From: Parcubacteria group bacterium Gr01-1014_8
GTDB taxonomy: Bacteria; Patescibacteriota; Minisyncoccia; Phycocordibacterales; UBA2100
Assembly: GCA_007376385.1 (NCBI GenBank)
Contig: VMGC01000001.1
Coordinates: forward strand, 192,001 to 256,000
Direction: 5' to 3'
Length of the DNA stretch: 64,000 nucleotides
Position 1 is the stretch's first letter. Every line of letters starts with the position of its first letter. Below, piece after piece: positions 60,203-64,000 of the stretch. The notes below the pieces were generated by a model. It saw only the letters and a program-made list of their open reading frames with translations. It did no database searches and was not told the DNA's origin. Made by a program: the position numbers and the translations under genes.

Positions 60203-61569
60203 TATACATTGGCAGGAAGCGTGACAGTGAATGTCGTGCCGTTTGCTTCTGACGAATTGCACGTGATAGTGCCCCTGTGAAAATCAACTATTTTTTTGGA
60301 GATATACAAGCCGAATCCAGTCCCCATCGCGCCTGACTCTTCGGCATTGGTGCCTCGGAATCCCTTGAATATCGAGTCGAGGTCAGTTTTTGAAATACTG
60401 ATGCCGCGATTGTGCACTTGGAACATTCTGGATGTTTGATCGTCTACATAGGAGATTGAGACCACTGAACCGGGGGGAGAATATTTAACTGCATTGGATA
60501 GCAGATTATCGAATACAAGGCGCAGTTTCTCTGCGTCGCCCATAACCATCGCCGACGTGTCCGGCCCGATATCGGACTGAATGGTGATATTTTTGGCTTT
60601 TCCTAAGGAAAGCCCGTCGGCGATAGCACTTCTGAGGACACGGGCAACATTGACCGGCTTGAAATCAGCCCTACGCATGAGACCGTGGTCGGCTGACGTT
60701 GTCAGCAGGAACGTGGAGGTCAAGTCGATGAGCGAACATATGCGGAGGTAAATGTCGTTCAATGTGTCTCGCATTTCTGGTCTCAGCGAGGTGTCCAGCC
60801 TCAGTGTCGAAAGGCTCCATCGCAAAGAAGCGAGCGGTGAGCGCAGTTCGTGCGATGCGACGGCTACGAAGTCTTCTTTCATTTTGACGAGGTCTTGCTC
60901 TCTCTTATTAAAAACGTATAGCATGCTGACGAGCGAGAGCAGTGCGATGGTTGCTAGGAGTACAAGACCCGATTGCAGGTAGAAAACTAAGCGGTGGGTG
61001 TCTGCATTTTGATCAAATCCAATGAGTGCAACTGTTGTTCCGCTGGCATTCACGACAGGTGCCAGGGCAGATATCCAATTGCCCCAGCGGTCTGCGTATA
61101 TTTCTAGGACGAAGGGAACATTGGGGTTCCATCCATTTATCAGAGCCGGAGATGCCTCTACATACTCCTGCCCAGGAGGAGAGTAATCTTCGGACGAAGG
61201 GTCCTCCGAATCGAGCATGAAGTACACGCGGCCATTCCGCATTGCCATCAAGTACGCAAAACGCAGGTCTTTGTTGGCATCCTTTAGTGCGGTGATCTTT
61301 TTCTTCAGCAAGATGTATACGGGGTTGTCGAGGTCTGCTTCAGACAGTGTTAGTTGAGACATCTCCGCAGGCTCAAGAACAGTAGCAACAGACTGCACGC
61401 GCCTCACCAACTGCTCGTAGGTCTGGGTGTTTGTTGTGTGGCCGACATAAAAGAATGCGAGCGCACTTACTGCAAGTATCGCTACGCACGCGACGTAGTA
61501 GAGAATATCCTCTCTCTTCAAGCCCCGCTTGCCGAAAGGCATAGAGGAATTATACGGGACATTTAGCAT
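60202..61569 (-). CDS. sensor histidine kinase
   Basis: 455 aa; N-terminal TM plus extracytoplasmic domain; H-box VASHELRSPLASL; HATPase_c motifs NLLSNAVKYSP, GTGFGLYISKKIV. Confidence 0.85.
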   Translation of the reverse strand: MLNVPYNSSMPFGKRGLKREDILYYVACVAILAVSALAFFYVGHTTNTQTYEQLVRRVQSVATVLEPAEMSQLTLSEADLDNPVYILLKKKITALKDANKDLRFAYLMAMRNGRVYFMLDSEDPSSEDYSPPGQEYVEASPALINGWNPNVPFVLEIYADRWGNWISALAPVVNASGTTVALIGFDQNADTHRLVFYLQSGLVLLATIALLSLVSMLYVFNKREQDLVKMKEDFVAVASHELRSPLASLRWSLSTLRLDTSLRPEMRDTLNDIYLRICSLIDLTSTFLLTTSADHGLMRRADFKPVNVARVLRSAIADGLSLGKAKNITIQSDIGPDTSAMVMGDAEKLRLVFDNLLSNAVKYSPPGSVVSISYVDDQTSRMFQVHNRGISISKTDLDSIFKGFRGTNAEESGAMGTGFGLYISKKIVDFHRGTITCNSSEANGTTFTVTLPANV

Positions 61570-61630
61570 GGAGCTTTTACTGTGTGGATAAATTGGTAGA
61601 CGCTACTAGTCTCAGGATAAAATTGAGAAT

Positions 61631-62386
61631 GTGAAAAGAGGACCGAAACCGAAAGGGCAGGTAAGTACAAATTGGTCATCGGACTTTGCTTACGTCATTG
61701 GATTAATTACTGCCGATGGTTGTCTGCTTAATGATGGCCGACACATTGATTTTACTTCAAAAGATCGAGAGCAAGTTGCAACGTTCAAAAAATGCTTAAA
61801 GCTCAAAGCCAAGATCGGCATCAAACATTCTGGGATCGGAAACGAGTACTACCGCATACAATTTGGCGATGTTTTGTTTTATGCATTTCTTGTTAGCATC
61901 GGCTTATCTCCTGCAAAATCAAAAACAATCTCTCACGTGCTTGTTCCTGATGAATATTTTCTGGATTTTCTCAGAGGTTACTTCGATGGAGATGGCACAA
62001 GTTATTCTTTTTACGATTCAATCTTCCCAAAAAGTTACCGATTCTATATATCGTTTATGTCGGCAAGTCCCGTCTATATTCATTGGCTAAGAAAAAAGAT
62101 AAGTGATTTTTTACACATTCAGGGGCATCTCGACCGCAGTGGTAACAAGCCGTACATTCAACTCAAATTCTCAAAGAAAGAAGCAGTGATACTAGCCAAA
62201 GGTATGTACTATTCTAGCGGCATTCCGTGGTTAACGCGGAAGCATTTGAAGATTCAGCGATCTTTACGCATAATCGAGGCAGGCCGCGGTGGTGAAATTG
62301 GTAAACACGCTGCGTTCAGAACGCAGTTCTCGCAAGGGGTTGGGAGTTCGAGTCTCCCCCGCGGCACATCAAAATTTGCTCATTAA
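61631..62386 (+). CDS. free-standing double-motif LAGLIDADG homing endonuclease whose reading frame runs through tRNA-Leu
   Basis: VIGLITADGCLL (motif 1) and LRGYFDGDGTSY (motif 2). No in-frame stop before the tRNA, so the last ~35 codons overlap the tRNA. Confidence 0.7.
   Translation: MKRGPKPKGQVSTNWSSDFAYVIGLITADGCLLNDGRHIDFTSKDREQVATFKKCLKLKAKIGIKHSGIGNEYYRIQFGDVLFYAFLVSIGLSPAKSKTISHVLVPDEYFLDFLRGYFDGDGTSYSFYDSIFPKSYRFYISFMSASPVYIHWLRKKISDFLHIQGHLDRSGNKPYIQLKFSKKEAVILAKGMYYSSGIPWLTRKHLKIQRSLRIIEAGRGGEIGKHAAFRTQFSQGVGSSSLPRGTSKFAH
62283..62366 (+). tRNA. tRNA-Leu (anticodon CAG), type II with long variable arm
   Basis: Acceptor GCCGCGG/CCGCGGC, D stem GTG/CAC with 11-nt loop, anticodon stem CTGCG/CGCAG with loop TTCAGAA, long variable arm, T arm GGGAG-TTCGAGT-CTCCC. 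Confidence 0.7.
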
Positions 62387-62792
62387 CTGGCGCGGAATTC
62401 CGAGATACACTCTGTTCGCCAGCGGATATTCTCCGAAGATGGCAAAGCCCTGAGGTCTTGGCACTCCCTTTTCTTGTATTGGCAGTTTGTATCCTGAAGG
62501 CGTTCCTGTCATGCCAGCATCTACTACGACGACCGGAGTTACCCCTCCTTTAAATATCACCACCCTCATTTTTTTTGTGATCGCCGCTGACTATCAAAAT
62601 TCTCACCGTAACATCCTCGCCTGCAAGTTGTAGTGGAAAAAGTTTCTCTTTGATGTGCTCAGTATCTGGGTAAACTTGAATTCCGTGTTGCAAAACGTGA
62701 GCGAAAAGTTCCTCAGCCAATTTCCGTCGCTCTTCCTGCGTGCCTTCGGTCGCCGCGACGAAGTCGACTATTTTGAAATACTTTTCGGGCAA
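62369..62792 (-). pseudogene. possible dCTP deaminase/dUTPase-family gene split by a frameshift (ORFs 62550..62792 and 62369..62569)
   Basis: C-terminal piece VVVDAGMTGTPSGYKLPIQEKGVPRPQGFAIFGEYPL loosely resembles Dcd DPGWSG...KLPL.LRPG..IGAL.FEPL. Two overlapping frames. Confidence 0.25.
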
Positions 62793-62977
62793 GGGAATTC
62801 CTTGCTAGACTGAAGGCTTCTCAATCAGCTCTTCTGCTCGTGGAGTTTCAGGAGCATCTTTTTCTCCTGCGCGTCCGCCGACCCAGCGAGAACCCCCCAC
62901 AATGCCTACTGCCCCGAGCGTTCTTCTTATCCCCCTGGCAAGGTCGTCTAATCCCATTGGCCCATTATACTGTCAGC

Positions 62978-63430
62978 ATGGACATCAAGGAGCACACACA
63001 GCCAGCGAAACTCGAGCGGTATAGCTTTCTCTGGTCCGAAGTTCGTCTCGTCATCGCTGCCGTGGCGCTTCTTCTGGGCGGGATCCCGCCAGCATTGTAT
63101 CTTCTGCCGATTCCCGCTCTGTACGGTCTTATCATAGTTCTTTTAAAACTTGCGTGGATTGTTTCAGGTGCGGCGTCTGCTTACTTGCTCTACCGATGGT
63201 ACATCGGGGGGCGGAAAGTATTCGGCGGTAATGACATGAAAGATAACGTTGCGTTCTTCGTGAGTGTCATTTCCGGCATTAATCTTGGCATCGTGGGGCT
63301 GCTCGGCACGAATATCGGCATGTCCATAACGAGCAACTATATCGTTTTTGTCATCGTCGCGCTCCTCTATCTTGCGGCAGCGTATCAACTCTACACGCGT
63401 TGGAAATCACACGGAGAGAAGATTTCCTAG
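62978..63430 (+). CDS. membrane protein (4 TM, hypothetical)
   Basis: ORF from 62840. Preferred start MDIKEHTQ. Hydrophobic helices. Confidence 0.45.
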   Translation: MDIKEHTQPAKLERYSFLWSEVRLVIAAVALLLGGIPPALYLLPIPALYGLIIVLLKLAWIVSGAASAYLLYRWYIGGRKVFGGNDMKDNVAFFVSVISGINLGIVGLLGTNIGMSITSNYIVFVIVALLYLAAAYQLYTRWKSHGEKIS

Positions 63431-63489
63431 ATAATCCGCGTTCCTCCTCTTTCCTTGCTCTCAACATATTACTCAGTTAGAGTCCGAGA

Positions 63490-64000
63490 ATGATTGCGTT
63501 CCTTAGAGTCATCGGGTTTTTGCTCGTGTGCCTACTTTTGCTTATCGCGGGAATCGCTGTATTTTTTGTAATTAAAGATTACCCAATAGTTCGCCAAGTG
63601 CCTGAACACGTTGAATGGATCGAGAATTTCTATACAGCGAATTCACGTTTTCCAAGTAAAGCAGAGTTTGAAAGTCAGTTTCCCGGCGTATTAAGTTCCA
63701 ATCCTCATTGGCATACTGGCACACATTACCGCATGTATGGAGACCAGGAATCAGCGCAGCATTACTATTATTCATACCCCATTTCGCATATAGGGAAATG
63801 GCTTGGAATTGCAGACCAAGGCTCTCCTTTCACGGGCGTTCTTGGATATGAGGGCTATTACACCGTTGATCCATGTCCTCGATGGGCAGATGTCGGGTTG
63901 GGTGACTCGTATCCTCACGATGCGTACGTGTATCCTCCTGAGGGCTTAATTCGAAGCAACTTCCATAAAGGCACCATTTATTTTTGGGATAGTAAGATAA
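63490..64000 (+). CDS. hypothetical membrane-anchored protein, 3'-partial (runs off window)
   Basis: ATG at 63490 (MIAFLRVIGFLLVCLLLLIAG...). Open to the end of the window; Tyr/His/Gly-rich ectodomain. Confidence 0.45.
   Translation, partial: MIAFLRVIGFLLVCLLLLIAGIAVFFVIKDYPIVRQVPEHVEWIENFYTANSRFPSKAEFESQFPGVLSSNPHWHTGTHYRMYGDQESAQHYYYSYPISHIGKWLGIADQGSPFTGVLGYEGYYTVDPCPRWADVGLGDSYPHDAYVYPPEGLIRSNFHKGTIYFWDSKI

Overview
This 64 kb window looks like part of a small, SD-less bacterial genome, possibly from an uncultivated CPR-like lineage (inference only). Housekeeping operons are interleaved with self-splicing-intron-rich rRNA genes. Main content (all calls are from motif recognition by eye, with no database searches):
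- **Left end:** a 5'-truncated secreted lipase-like alpha/beta hydrolase, several membrane proteins, a class I glutamine amidotransferase (GATase1), and rplJ-rplL followed by a ~380 nt noncoding stretch ending in a strong terminator.
- **rRNA loci:** a 23S-5S locus (10.6-16.4 kb) is unlinked from the 16S gene (48.1-50.35 kb). The 23S carries three group-I-type insertions at positions equivalent to E. coli L1917, L1931 and ~L2500, two of them with LAGLIDADG homing-endonuclease ORFs (one split by a stop). The 16S carries one LAGLIDADG-containing insertion near position 1392.
- **Ligase/peptidase cluster (most interesting):** directly downstream of 5S sits a convergent pair: a 793-aa protein whose C-terminal domain has an atypical HExxxH motif plus an E-G-x-A motif (DUF1704 / QEGLA / MATCAP-like tyrosine-carboxypeptidase family), and a 361-aa protein with an ATP-grasp Mg-binding motif. 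A second GATase1 and two unknown proteins follow. I interpret this as a candidate C-terminal amino-acid ligation/removal (TTL/MATCAP-like) protein-modification system.
- **Middle:** cell-envelope genes (ftsW/rodA, a GT4 glycosyltransferase, a polyprenyl-phosphate sugar transferase, two NAD-dependent epimerases), folD, purH, a NUDIX hydrolase, secDF, and a large aromatic amino-acid block. The aromatic block has tyrA, an aminotransferase, chorismate mutase, a T-box-like leader, trpEGD-aroA-aroK-aroC, convergent trpABC, and trpF.
- **Other notable features:** a two-gene cassette between 16S and a stand-alone tRNA-Ile(GAT) is bracketed by three copies of a ~100 nt hairpin-ended repeat. Two copies of a GC-rich palindromic element are inserted in-frame in purT. 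A ~92 nt dispersed repeat and a CGCTCGCTCGG-type motif recur near ribosomal loci. A free-standing double-motif LAGLIDADG ORF runs into tRNA-Leu(CAG). Genes lack Shine-Dalgarno sequences and the 16S 3' tail lacks CCUCC.
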